DNA from: Patescibacteria group bacterium
Lineage (GTDB): Bacteria; Patescibacteriota; Microgenomatia; UBA8517
DNA: 64,000 nt
NCBI GenBank assembly: GCA_018823885.1
Contig: JAHJHG010000009.1
Span: 783 to 64,782, forward strand
Direction: 5' to 3'
Made by a program: the position numbers and the translations under genes. Below the pieces are notes generated by a model. It worked only from the letters and a program-made list of their open reading frames with translations. It did no database searches and was not told the origin of the DNA. Shown here in pieces: positions 9,157 through 18,448 of this stretch (position 1 is the stretch's first letter; each line of letters starts with the position of its first letter).

Positions 9157-9486
9157 ATGAATAAAATTATTAGTACTGTATTGGCTGCTGAAATTGAAAC
9201 AGTGGATGATGTTGCCACACTTCAAGGCTTTGAAGGAGTTTTTGAAAACATAGTAACCATCGTCCTAGGATTTGGAGGTATTATTCTTTTCATCATGCTT
9301 ATAATGGGAGGGTTTCGATTTATAACCGCTGGTGGAGACCCCAAGGCAATCGAAGGTGCAAAAAAAACCTTAACTTATGCTATCGGAGGCATTGTTCTTG
9401 TTGCTCTTTCATTTCTAATCCTCAGATTTATTTCCACCTTTACCGGAGTCGATGTCACTCAATTTAAAATATTTCAAGGAAATTAA
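9157..9486 (+). CDS. T4SS pilin-like small two-TM protein (paralog 8). Likely start at MNKIIS.
   Basis: Core TAGGDPKAIEGAKKTLTYAIGGIVLVALSFLIL...TGV. Confidence 0.6.
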   Translation: MNKIISTVLAAEIETVDDVATLQGFEGVFENIVTIVLGFGGIILFIMLIMGGFRFITAGGDPKAIEGAKKTLTYAIGGIVLVALSFLILRFISTFTGVDVTQFKIFQGN

Positions 9487-9499
9487 CTTCAAAACAAAA

Positions 9500-11869
9500 A
9501 TGCACAAGCTGCCCAAGAAGCCTGTTAATAAAGAATGTTTTTCCCTGATTCTATTGTTTATATTTTTCTTTCTTGCTCTTGGGTTCTTTGTATCGAAAGC
9601 AAAAGCCCAAATCCCAAATCCTCCGGTTCCCTGCGATGAAACACGAAATGATGAGTTTCATTCTTTGAGGCCCTATCAAGCCAGCCCCTGTGATGACAAA
9701 GCGGACACCGCTCTTTTTTGTGGAAATGATTTAATTGTTGCCGATACGATCACTGTTACTAAAAATCAAGCAACATCATGCGAATCTCTATCTAGTGGAA
9801 AGGAAAAGTGTAGTTTTACAACAAGTAACTCAAAAAATATTAGGATTGATTTATCAAGTGCCGATTTTCCTATTCTAGGTAATACCGAAAGTGTCGTAAA
9901 TATTGACAAAGATGCTGATGATTCTGGATTTGATGATGTAGGAAAAACAAATGAATACGTTAGCTGGTATCTAAACGGCACCATAAATCGCGCCGAGTAT
10001 GAGTTTCTAAACCCAAGCGAAAAACAAGACATCAGCAAGCTTATAGATTTTTCTGGCCCCATCAACAAACTTCTTCCATGGGAACAACAAGTAGCATACA
10101 GAATAAACACAATCAAACAAACTGGCGCAACGCGTCATGATCAAATAATTGCTTGTACTGTTGCGGGTGTTCCCGTTCCTTGCTATCACCAAGGACTACT
10201 CGAAATAATCGATACAAAACACCGACTTTCTGACTGGGAAGGGAAAATCACAAATTTACCAACACTGCCTGGTACTTGGAACGAAAGGGTACCTCCTCAA
10301 AGAAAAGATTTTGAAAATTTTCTAAACTACTGGGAAGCTTACAGGGAGTGGAGGGGCAATAGTTGTGGCCAATTTACAATTCCAATAATAAACAAACGTG
10401 TTCTTCTCTGCTCTCCTATTGACAATCCACTTAGGCCAAATTACTGGGCGGATCTATTTCCCTATGTTCCTTTTTCTTCAACGGAAGACCAGCTTGGGTT
10501 TGTTGAAACACAAACCTTGACCGCTTATTCTCCATCGGAAGATGTTACTTTAAAAGAAGTTTTATTTGATAATCAGGAACCAGCGGAACTCTTCTTTGCT
10601 CACACAGAAGAAGTTGCAGAGTTGGCTAGTATTTTGCAAAAAACGTTCGCTCCACAAGGTGCGGAAAACAATCTGTCATTTTCAGGTGTTTCTCCTACTG
10701 AATACTGTGATCTTGTAAATGTCCGTACAAACGAAGGGGATGATCTTTTTGCCGGAGAAATAGGTGGAGTACTTTCATACACCGCTGAATTTACGTGCGA
10801 ACTTGAACCAGGAGCAAGCAATGCTTGCGAAAGCGCAGGAGGAGAATGCATAAATACTCCCAGTTGTATCCGTGTCGGCAAAGGAACTGTGAATGGAGGC
10901 TCTGGGTGCAATACAGTAAACGAGACCTGCTGTGCACGAGAAGAGCCATTGTCTGGACAGGAGTGCACAAAAGAAATATACGCTAATTTGTCTGTTATAA
11001 CAAAAACCCCTAAGGTGAATGAAATTTGGGCAAGAACCGTAGCTGGACCATCATCAATTTTTAAAAGAATATTTCCCAAGATAGGAGAGGGTGGGGCTAT
11101 CTTGGGATTATTAGATATTCCCGGCGCAACAAACGTTACCTATTCAGGTGATGGCCTTGTCTACGCTGGCAATCCAGGAAACGAACGTTCTGGAGAATCT
11201 GCTGAACTATACTTCCCGCACGTTGGAGGGGTATCTGAATATTTCTTGAAAGGAATTCAAACTATTCTTCGACCAAAAGGCTTTGGGGAACAAATTCTTT
11301 CTGGTCAACCAGGAACAGAGTCGCCCGTACAAGAATGTAATCAAGATATTTCTAATTCGGCAATCCCCTCAAAATATCTGGGAGCATTCAAAGAAAACTT
11401 CATTCGCATGGCGAGAGATTGGAGTGAGAAGACTGAATGCCAGGGGCTTGAAAATACGATGGCGGATGAATGTTATAACGACGTTGTTAAGCGCTCTGTT
11501 GATAAAGGAGTAAATCCTGCCTTCACCTTAACCATCTGGCTTAATGAAACTGGTGCCAGTAATTATTGCGAGAGTGGGTCAACGGCTCAGGACTTTGGTA
11601 TTAGAATTCCATCTATCTTCCAAAACTTTGGAGAACAACTTGATCATTTTTTGGGTTTGCCTTTCAGTGGTACTTATGTCTCTTGCTCCAATGAAGCTGG
11701 TTGGGATAATAGAATACATGCTTTTCTCAGTAGATTTCGATCAGGCGGTTGTGATCCAACGGACAGTGAAGGAAATATCTATTACAACCACATTAAAGAA
11801 ACAACTTGGCCTTGGGTATCAAATTGTTCAAATCTCCCTAGTTGGCCAACAGACACGAGTTGTCCTTAA
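9500..11869 (+). CDS. Large secreted Cys-rich protein of unknown function (about 790 aa). Candidate pilus-associated adhesin or tip protein.
   Basis: Signal peptide MHKLPKKPVNKECFSLILLFIFFFLALGFFVSKAKAQ. More than 30 Cys including a dense cluster CESAGGECINTPSCIRVGKGTVNGGSGCNTVNETCCA. No TM after the signal peptide. Sits between the pilin array and the VirB6-like gene. Confidence 0.55.
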   Translation: MHKLPKKPVNKECFSLILLFIFFFLALGFFVSKAKAQIPNPPVPCDETRNDEFHSLRPYQASPCDDKADTALFCGNDLIVADTITVTKNQATSCESLSSGKEKCSFTTSNSKNIRIDLSSADFPILGNTESVVNIDKDADDSGFDDVGKTNEYVSWYLNGTINRAEYEFLNPSEKQDISKLIDFSGPINKLLPWEQQVAYRINTIKQTGATRHDQIIACTVAGVPVPCYHQGLLEIIDTKHRLSDWEGKITNLPTLPGTWNERVPPQRKDFENFLNYWEAYREWRGNSCGQFTIPIINKRVLLCSPIDNPLRPNYWADLFPYVPFSSTEDQLGFVETQTLTAYSPSEDVTLKEVLFDNQEPAELFFAHTEEVAELASILQKTFAPQGAENNLSFSGVSPTEYCDLVNVRTNEGDDLFAGEIGGVLSYTAEFTCELEPGASNACESAGGECINTPSCIRVGKGTVNGGSGCNTVNETCCAREEPLSGQECTKEIYANLSVITKTPKVNEIWARTVAGPSSIFKRIFPKIGEGGAILGLLDIPGATNVTYSGDGLVYAGNPGNERSGESAELYFPHVGGVSEYFLKGIQTILRPKGFGEQILSGQPGTESPVQECNQDISNSAIPSKYLGAFKENFIRMARDWSEKTECQGLENTMADECYNDVVKRSVDKGVNPAFTLTIWLNETGASNYCESGSTAQDFGIRIPSIFQNFGEQLDHFLGLPFSGTYVSCSNEAGWDNRIHAFLSRFRSGGCDPTDSEGNIYYNHIKETTWPWVSNCSNLPSWPTDTSCP

Positions 11870-11919
11870 ATGGTGTGTTGTTGACCCTACATTCGTATTG
11901 TATGATTAAAATAATAAGT

Positions 11920-13488
11920 ATGTTCAAGAAAGTTATTGTCTCGTTTATATTAGTCTTCTTGCTTTTTGCTGCATTAGTAACTCCCAATGCAAAAGCTCAG
12001 GGAGGAGGAAATTGGTATAATCAATCTTTTGAAGAGTGGTCTGCAAAGGTTTTTGATGACAGTAACCCTCAAGAAATATTTGGGGAAAGATATACCTATG
12101 CGCAGGTAACTTGGATCTTACACTCTCTACAGGCTTTTGCGTATGGAGACGATTTGATTAATTGTGTTAATGTTTCAAACGGAGATTTAAATGAAATTAA
12201 AGATTGTGTGAAAGGACTTCAAGAATCAAGTTCATTTATTAATAGCCCCGTATTGGCGATTGGTGCTTTTGGAGATTCTGTTCTTTCTCTTCATCCGGCG
12301 TCAGGTGTTGAATATGTCGCGGACACTGCTTCCAGGCTAAAAATAATTCCAAGTGCTTATGCGCAAGGAATTGGATTTGAAGGATTACAGCCGGCCCTAA
12401 AAGCGTGGAAGGTAACACGCAATATGACCTATGCTCTTTCTATTCTCGCCGTGATCGTTATGTCTTTTATGATTATGTTTAGGGTAAAAATTTCACCACA
12501 AGTAGTAATCACTGTTCAATCTGCACTCCCTAAAATTATTATTGCTTTAATACTTATCACTTTTTCTTATGCCATTGCTGGCTTTATTATTGATATTTCC
12601 TATCTTCTTCTGGGAATCATTGCTGCATTAGTTACATCCTCCGGGGTGGATATTTCTAGTTTGAACATGATACCGTTTTTCAACACATTCGTAATGGGTT
12701 CCGGCCTTTTTTGGTCTCTCATACTAACGCAGTTGTTATTTTTATTATTGTTCGGGATAACTGGAGCGCTAGTAGGAGCTCTTTTCGCCGTTCCCACTGG
12801 AGGATTGTCAATTGCCATTGGGGGTGGTATTGGAGCTATTCTTTTTCTCCTACTCATTGTTCTGATGATTTTTGCCAGCATAAAAATTCTCTGGCTTTTG
12901 GTAAAAACCACCATCAACATCCTTCTTCTTATTATCGCTGCTCCAATAATGATTTTAGCAGGAACGTTTTCGTCAGGAATAGGGTTTGGACCTTGGTTAA
13001 GACAACTTGTAGCCAATGTTGCCGTATTTCCAATGGTTCGAATCATGTTGTTCTTAGCCCATTATTTCTTTTGGGGAATGCGCATGACACAAGAGGTCGA
13101 TCTTGCCGGGTGGACTGCCGTCAATCCTTTGGGAATTCTTCCTTCTGGAGGAGAAATGGCTGTCCTGCCCGGCTATCTTCCTTTTAGCGTCGGAACCGGA
13201 CTTTTAGGTTGGATTCTCTCTTTCGGCGTGTTTTTCTTAACACCTAAGATCGGTGATATAATCAAGTCCATGATTGAAGGCAAACCATTCGCTTATGGAA
13301 CGGCTATCGGAGAGGCTGTTGGACCAATAGGCGCCGCTTGGGGATCAACCCCTGCACGTCTTGGCAAAGAAGCTGTTATTAGAGGGGGTGGTACAGAAAT
13401 TGCAAGCAGACTGAGAACAAAAGGGAAACTAGCAACTCAAATAGGAGACCAGCTTGACAATATTCTTAATTCAAAAAGGGGTTCTTAG
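11920..13488 (+). CDS. VirB6/TrbL-like polytopic membrane protein (T4SS inner-membrane channel component)
   Basis: Signal peptide, about 160 aa extracytoplasmic domain, then at least 6 TM helices and a Gly-rich C-terminal tail. Position and topology typical of VirB6/TcpH. Confidence 0.55.
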   Translation: MFKKVIVSFILVFLLFAALVTPNAKAQGGGNWYNQSFEEWSAKVFDDSNPQEIFGERYTYAQVTWILHSLQAFAYGDDLINCVNVSNGDLNEIKDCVKGLQESSSFINSPVLAIGAFGDSVLSLHPASGVEYVADTASRLKIIPSAYAQGIGFEGLQPALKAWKVTRNMTYALSILAVIVMSFMIMFRVKISPQVVITVQSALPKIIIALILITFSYAIAGFIIDISYLLLGIIAALVTSSGVDISSLNMIPFFNTFVMGSGLFWSLILTQLLFLLLFGITGALVGALFAVPTGGLSIAIGGGIGAILFLLLIVLMIFASIKILWLLVKTTINILLLIIAAPIMILAGTFSSGIGFGPWLRQLVANVAVFPMVRIMLFLAHYFFWGMRMTQEVDLAGWTAVNPLGILPSGGEMAVLPGYLPFSVGTGLLGWILSFGVFFLTPKIGDIIKSMIEGKPFAYGTAIGEAVGPIGAAWGSTPARLGKEAVIRGGGTEIASRLRTKGKLATQIGDQLDNILNSKRGS

Positions 13489-15809
13489 CGCCTTTCTTCT
13501 TCGTATCTTCGCTTTGGAGGAGGTTTGACAACAGCCGGCCCTATACTGACTCCCATATTTCCAACATCTTTTCTCGTCTCATTGTAACCAAGCTGCAAGT
13601 TACTAACTTCTTCCTTGCCAGCAATTTCTGCTAGTCTGGCAAATATTTTTGTATAAAATCGAAGTAAATGTACCATTCCTTGAGAATATCCTTTTACTCC
13701 CCCATACTCATCTGGCATACTAGAAAGCTTTGTTTTCCACCAAGACATTTCTACCGCCCATTTTTGCTTCTCTCCTTTTTCAAAACCACGGGCGCCGACA
13801 ATGTCATATTTGTCCGCAACTTTTAACGATATCAGCAATGGCACCAAGCCCATTGTCAACACTGCTTTAGATTGTTTCTCGTCCCTGGTTCCCAAGTCTG
13901 CCCTTTTTAAAAGCTCTCTTATATTATCTACGTCTCCAAAGAAATCCTTAAATTGCCCTTCGTTCGCTGCAGACTCTGGATCCACCATTACTGTCACATA
14001 CCTTACTATTTGGCCTATTGTTATCATCCAACGGTATAGCGCTTGGTCTCCCATTTTGACCCACTTAAACTCAGACTTCGCCTTACCTGCGCACAATTCA
14101 TCCCAAGCACTTGGATCTCCCTCTTCAATGTCGCGCTTTCCTGAAAAGGAAATTGTATTCAGAAAGTTCAGAGAAGCTATTTCAGGAGGGAAAAAAATAG
14201 GTATAACTATCGGATTGCCAGTTTCGTCTTTGTAGGATGTTTCCCAATACCAAAGTAGCTCCCTTAAACCCTCTTTTGCCTCTTGATCCCAACCACTCTC
14301 TTCCCACAACTCTTTAAAGGCGCGTTGAAGCTTTTGGTCCTTTTCAGCAACTGCCTCTAAATATTCCGGTATCCAATCAGGGCGTTCACTAAGCAGTTTC
14401 TTTCTAAATTCGTCGCTCATTGGAAGAAACATTCCTATTGTTCGCGGTTTTCCTTCATTGTCAGCAATAAAATCTCTCCAATAAGCCACACTAATGGCGT
14501 CTGTCGCTACTGTTGTTGCTCCACCAACCCGCCTCCTAGCTACCTTAAGACTTTTCTTTCCATTTTCTTCTACTTCCCTTAGTGCGTACTTCCATCCCCA
14601 TCCTAAGCGAGTACTTACAAAGTGTCCCCAATCCTCTACTATTTCAGCTCTAACAACCTCCCTCGCAAGTGCCTGATTCAAGTTTGCGTTCATACTACGC
14701 CACATTTTTACTCCTTGCTCCGCCCAACCCCTTACTCCTTCCGCTAGTGCTTTTGCTTTGGCCACGTCGCCAGTGGCAATATAGTCCTGCAGTGCTTCTT
14801 TTACGGTTCGTTTTTTGTGTCGATCAGTAGGCATCACTAATAAAGTCTCCATTGCAGCGATGTATAAACGTTTCTTTTCTTCTATGCTGCCCATTGCGTA
14901 CCAGTTTAGAAGAGCTCTGGGCACTACCCCATCCTGCTCGTGAATTAACCAACCATCTTCATTTCTGAGTTTTTTATTTTCATTTGGATATTTTTTCTCT
15001 AATTCTCTTTCTTTTTCCTCAACAAACTCACGTTGCTCTTTGTCTTCAAATACCGTACGTATAAATTGAATTTCTATATCGCTGAGCGTCCTTTGCCCTT
15101 CGGCATCCTTCATAAATGAAGATTCTTTCTTGCTCATTTGGCTTACTTCTGCTACTGCCATTATCCAGAAAGTGCACTCGTCTTGATATTTGACAGCCTT
15201 TTCTCTTGTTTCTTCTCTCCCTTCTTCTAACAACGATGTTTCTTCTTGCTTAGCAACACTCATCCCTGGGAGCTCTTTCTGAAAAGACCCTTCATAAAAG
15301 GAAGCAGTCGGGTCACTGCGCATTCTCTCCCTAACCCAATAAAGCATATTGTGCCAATCATAAAACTTATCTAGAACTCCGCCCATCCCCTCTAATACTT
15401 TTTGGGTGTTCTCTCCCCACGTCAAATCAACCGCCAATCTATCTAGCCACCGCTTAGCCTCGCCTTCTGCCCAATCCTCATCCCGTGCTGTTCTTACTGC
15501 ATTGATAGCCGTGCTGAACCACATTTCTTGAGTCCTAGAATCATAAGGGTAAGGATTCTTGAACCTCATCTCAAGGTCAAGTGTTTTTTCCAGTTCCCTC
15601 ACCTGAGCCTTCATTAGTCTTTCGTGCGTGGAATACAGTTTTTCTTGTGTTTTCTCCTTGTCTATAAACCCAATTTCTTTCCACTTTTTGAGTTCATCTA
15701 TCATATCCAAAAGGTTTGAGTTAGCAAAACCATACCGCTCGCGAGTTTCTCCTCGCCTCAACGACTCACTTCTTGGATCTAACATCAGGTCTTGATTTTT
15801 CTCTGTCAT
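13485..15809 (-). CDS. Large soluble Trp/Glu-rich hypothetical protein (774 aa), encoded on the opposite strand inside the T4SS locus
   Basis: Long uninterrupted ORF. No TM or signal peptide. No recognisable catalytic motif. Confidence 0.45.
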   Translation of the reverse strand: MTEKNQDLMLDPRSESLRRGETRERYGFANSNLLDMIDELKKWKEIGFIDKEKTQEKLYSTHERLMKAQVRELEKTLDLEMRFKNPYPYDSRTQEMWFSTAINAVRTARDEDWAEGEAKRWLDRLAVDLTWGENTQKVLEGMGGVLDKFYDWHNMLYWVRERMRSDPTASFYEGSFQKELPGMSVAKQEETSLLEEGREETREKAVKYQDECTFWIMAVAEVSQMSKKESSFMKDAEGQRTLSDIEIQFIRTVFEDKEQREFVEEKERELEKKYPNENKKLRNEDGWLIHEQDGVVPRALLNWYAMGSIEEKKRLYIAAMETLLVMPTDRHKKRTVKEALQDYIATGDVAKAKALAEGVRGWAEQGVKMWRSMNANLNQALAREVVRAEIVEDWGHFVSTRLGWGWKYALREVEENGKKSLKVARRRVGGATTVATDAISVAYWRDFIADNEGKPRTIGMFLPMSDEFRKKLLSERPDWIPEYLEAVAEKDQKLQRAFKELWEESGWDQEAKEGLRELLWYWETSYKDETGNPIVIPIFFPPEIASLNFLNTISFSGKRDIEEGDPSAWDELCAGKAKSEFKWVKMGDQALYRWMITIGQIVRYVTVMVDPESAANEGQFKDFFGDVDNIRELLKRADLGTRDEKQSKAVLTMGLVPLLISLKVADKYDIVGARGFEKGEKQKWAVEMSWWKTKLSSMPDEYGGVKGYSQGMVHLLRFYTKIFARLAEIAGKEEVSNLQLGYNETRKDVGNMGVSIGPAVVKPPPKRRYEEERR

Positions 15810-15859
15810 AATAGGAATATTTTAGCATCCTCTATTCCAACTTACAATTCCTTGACTTT

Positions 15860-16606
15860 GTGTATTATGGGCTGTACAATCGCAAGCAAATGAGTTTTGA
15901 GCAAGAAATATCTTGGCTGAAAAAAACCAAAGAAGCCAAAGATGCGTTAGAAGGACAACGAAAAATCAAAGCCGAGACAGCGGAATTGAAACGCTTAAGA
16001 TGGATAGAAGAAAGAACTGCACAGTTTGCGCCCCATAAATCAACTGCGTTGCGTTTTCTCAAAAGATGGAATGAACTAGAAATCGATAAACTTATCGAGG
16101 ATCTTCACAGTTTTAGTACTAGCACTAATAATTATGGCAAACCCACTAATACTTTTGTTGTATTCCAAAATCTAAACGTCGATCGACATTCTAAGGAGAA
16201 GAAAACACAATTTTTGAACTTGAAACAGTATGAAAAAGGCTGGTGTGTCGAACAAGAAGATAATTGTTTTCCAACAATCAGTGAGGTTTTAGCCAACAGC
16301 AAACTCATCAGAAACTTGGAACCAAACAAAATAATATTTTCTCATATCTACAAAGCGTGTCATACATTTATAGAAGAACGTGATTGTCTCGATGACACCT
16401 ATTCTAGCTACGCAAGAATTGACTTTAGCATAAAAATGTCTCCTTATGAAATTATTGTCTTCCACCCAAGAATTTCTCATAAAAGGAGCTTGGTATCGTT
16501 AGAAGAACTACAAAATAGCGGAGATCTGGCCCAAAGATTGGATAGATTTTTAGCAGAACAGTACAGTAAGCAGGCCCCGGCAGAGACAGAAAATAAGATT
16601 CAATAA
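15860..16606 (+). CDS. Hypothetical cytoplasmic protein (248 aa)
   Basis: ORF with no recognisable motifs. Lies between the 774-aa gene and the VirB3-like gene. Confidence 0.4.
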   Translation: MYYGLYNRKQMSFEQEISWLKKTKEAKDALEGQRKIKAETAELKRLRWIEERTAQFAPHKSTALRFLKRWNELEIDKLIEDLHSFSTSTNNYGKPTNTFVVFQNLNVDRHSKEKKTQFLNLKQYEKGWCVEQEDNCFPTISEVLANSKLIRNLEPNKIIFSHIYKACHTFIEERDCLDDTYSSYARIDFSIKMSPYEIIVFHPRISHKRSLVSLEELQNSGDLAQRLDRFLAEQYSKQAPAETENKIQ

Positions 16607-16742
16607 TATTACTTCAAATTTCAGTACTTAATTCGCCCAAGCACTTTGCTACATCATTTGTGTGAAAAGCTGGTCTACTTGAAATAGCTTCTTCACGCAG
16701 TACTCTTAATTAAGGGTTAAAACTATATAACTCACCCTATCT

Positions 16743-17786
16743 ATGGATCAACAACACCCTATACCGCAACAAATATCTTCCTACCAGTTTAAGTTGGTAG
16801 GAAATATGACTTTAAAGCAATTTTTCCAAATAGCGGGAGGAGCTCTGTTTTCTCTTCTTTTCTATGCATCAAATCTTCACCCCGTTATCAAATGGCCTCT
16901 TGTAATATTTTTTGCTCTTTTTGGAGCCGCTCTTGCTTTTCTTCCCTTTGAAGAAAGACCTCTTGAGCAATGGGTTATTTCATTTTTCAAAGCAGTCTAT
17001 ACTCCTACTACCTATTTTTGGGGGAAAACGACCAAGCCTCCTGTGTTTTTTAAAGAAGAAGCGTCTGTGCCCCAAGAGCATGTTGTTGCCCCACATGGAG
17101 AGAAAGAATTGGAAAAATACTTGCAGAGTCTTCCAGGGCGAGGCACTTCCGTATTTTCCAAACTCGAAGAGGCTGAAAATACTTTCCTTTCAAAACTTAC
17201 TAGGCTTTTCGGAAGTGGCGGAACAAGAGCGATTGAAACCCCCTCTTCAGCCGCTATGGCTCAACATACCCCGCAAGAGAAACAGCAAGAAATGACTGTG
17301 CCGCAAAACATACCAACTGTTATTCCGCAAGGATATAAGCCCAGGGTTGTGGTTGAAGAAAAAAAACCACTACTTCAAAATCAACAGCCAGCAGAAGCAA
17401 AAACTTCCACCGTTGCCAAGACGTTCACTGCTCAAGAAGTGATATCGGGACAAGCCGCCCAGTTCTCCGTCAATGCAGCTCCTCCACTTCCCCCTGAGAA
17501 GCCTAATACACTAACTGGTCAGGTTGTCGATGCTGGTGGCAAAATCATTGAAAGTGCAATACTCGAAATCAGAGATGTTGCCGGCCGACCTGTTAGAGCC
17601 GTCAAAACAAACAAAGTGGGGCACTTCATAATTGTTACCCCATTACAAGATGGGCGATACGAAATTATAAGCGAGAAGGAAGGGCTTAATTTTGAGCCAT
17701 TAACCTTTGAAGCAACCGGGAGCATTATTCCACCAATTGCGATAAGGTCTAAAAATAAAATTCCCACACCAATAATAATTAATTAA
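16743..17786 (+). CDS. Membrane protein with VirB3/PrgI-like N-terminal two-TM hairpin, Pro/Gln-rich linker and C-terminal carboxypeptidase-regulatory-like (Ig-like) domain
   Basis: N-terminus MTLKQFFQIAGGALFSLLFY...VIFFALFGAALAFLPFEERPLEQW. C-terminus GQVVDAGGKIIESAILEIRDVAGRPVRAVKTNKVGHFIIVTPLQDGRYEI. Directly upstream of the VirB4 ORFs. Confidence 0.45.
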   Translation: MDQQHPIPQQISSYQFKLVGNMTLKQFFQIAGGALFSLLFYASNLHPVIKWPLVIFFALFGAALAFLPFEERPLEQWVISFFKAVYTPTTYFWGKTTKPPVFFKEEASVPQEHVVAPHGEKELEKYLQSLPGRGTSVFSKLEEAENTFLSKLTRLFGSGGTRAIETPSSAAMAQHTPQEKQQEMTVPQNIPTVIPQGYKPRVVVEEKKPLLQNQQPAEAKTSTVAKTFTAQEVISGQAAQFSVNAAPPLPPEKPNTLTGQVVDAGGKIIESAILEIRDVAGRPVRAVKTNKVGHFIIVTPLQDGRYEIISEKEGLNFEPLTFEATGSIIPPIAIRSKNKIPTPIIIN

Positions 17787-17787
17787 T

Positions 17788-18447
17788 ATGAAAATTCCTT
17801 TTATTAGCATACCAGATAAGCCAATATCAGCAATTTCTCAAAAACATTTGCCGATTGCCGATATTGTTGATGACCTGGTTTTGTACAAAGATGGAGGTGC
17901 GGCAATTATCTTGGAAACTACCTCCCTTAACTTTGGTCTTTTGTCCGAAAAGGAGCAACAAGCTGTTATTGCCGCCTATGCTGCTCTTCTCAACTCTCTT
18001 TCTTTTGCTATCCAAATAGTTATTCGCTCTCAAAGAAAAGATATCTCGAGCTATATGAAATATCTTGATGAGGCTTCAAACAAAATTCAAAACCCAAAGC
18101 TTATTGAAATCATGACGGGTTACAAAAACTTTGTTTCTGAAACGATAAAGAAAAAAAATGTTCTGGGAAAAAGATTTTTTATTGTCATTCCGTTTAGCGC
18201 TTTAGAGCTTGGTGTAACGAAATCTGTTCTTTCGATTGCAAAAAAAGGCCCACTTCCATACCCCAAAACCTACGCAATTAAAAAAGCCAAAGTTTCTCTC
18301 TATCCAAAAAGAGACCATCTTATCAGACAAGCCGGGAGATTAAGTATAAAACTAAAACAACTCTCCACTGCGGAATTAATAGAGCTTTTCTATGACATTT
18401 ATAACCCAGAAATGCCAGCAGTTAAAAGCAAGGAGGACACCGTATAG
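17788..18447 (+). CDS. VirB4/TrbE N-terminal-domain-like protein (219 aa). Either a separately encoded N-domain or the 5' part of a split virB4.
   Basis: LPIADIVDDLVLYKDGGAAIILE..NFGLLSEKEQQAVIAAYAALLNSL..IQIVIRSQRKD aligns with the VirB4 N-terminal block (LPY.GHLSDHIVLLEDGS...FELEE.E.RN....NTLLRN...VSIYAHLVRH). Stop lies 1 nt before the ATG of the ATPase ORF. Confidence 0.45.
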   Translation: MKIPFISIPDKPISAISQKHLPIADIVDDLVLYKDGGAAIILETTSLNFGLLSEKEQQAVIAAYAALLNSLSFAIQIVIRSQRKDISSYMKYLDEASNKIQNPKLIEIMTGYKNFVSETIKKKNVLGKRFFIVIPFSALELGVTKSVLSIAKKGPLPYPKTYAIKKAKVSLYPKRDHLIRQAGRLSIKLKQLSTAELIELFYDIYNPEMPAVKSKEDTV

Positions 18448-18448
18448 T

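Noticed and set aside
18392-18447. Apparent 56-nt overlap between the 219-aa ORF and the VirB4 ORF as drawn in the ORF track
   Set aside because: An in-frame ATG at 18449, preceded by AAGGAGGA, gives a clean start 1 nt after the upstream stop. The overlap is an artefact of taking the first Met in the open frame.
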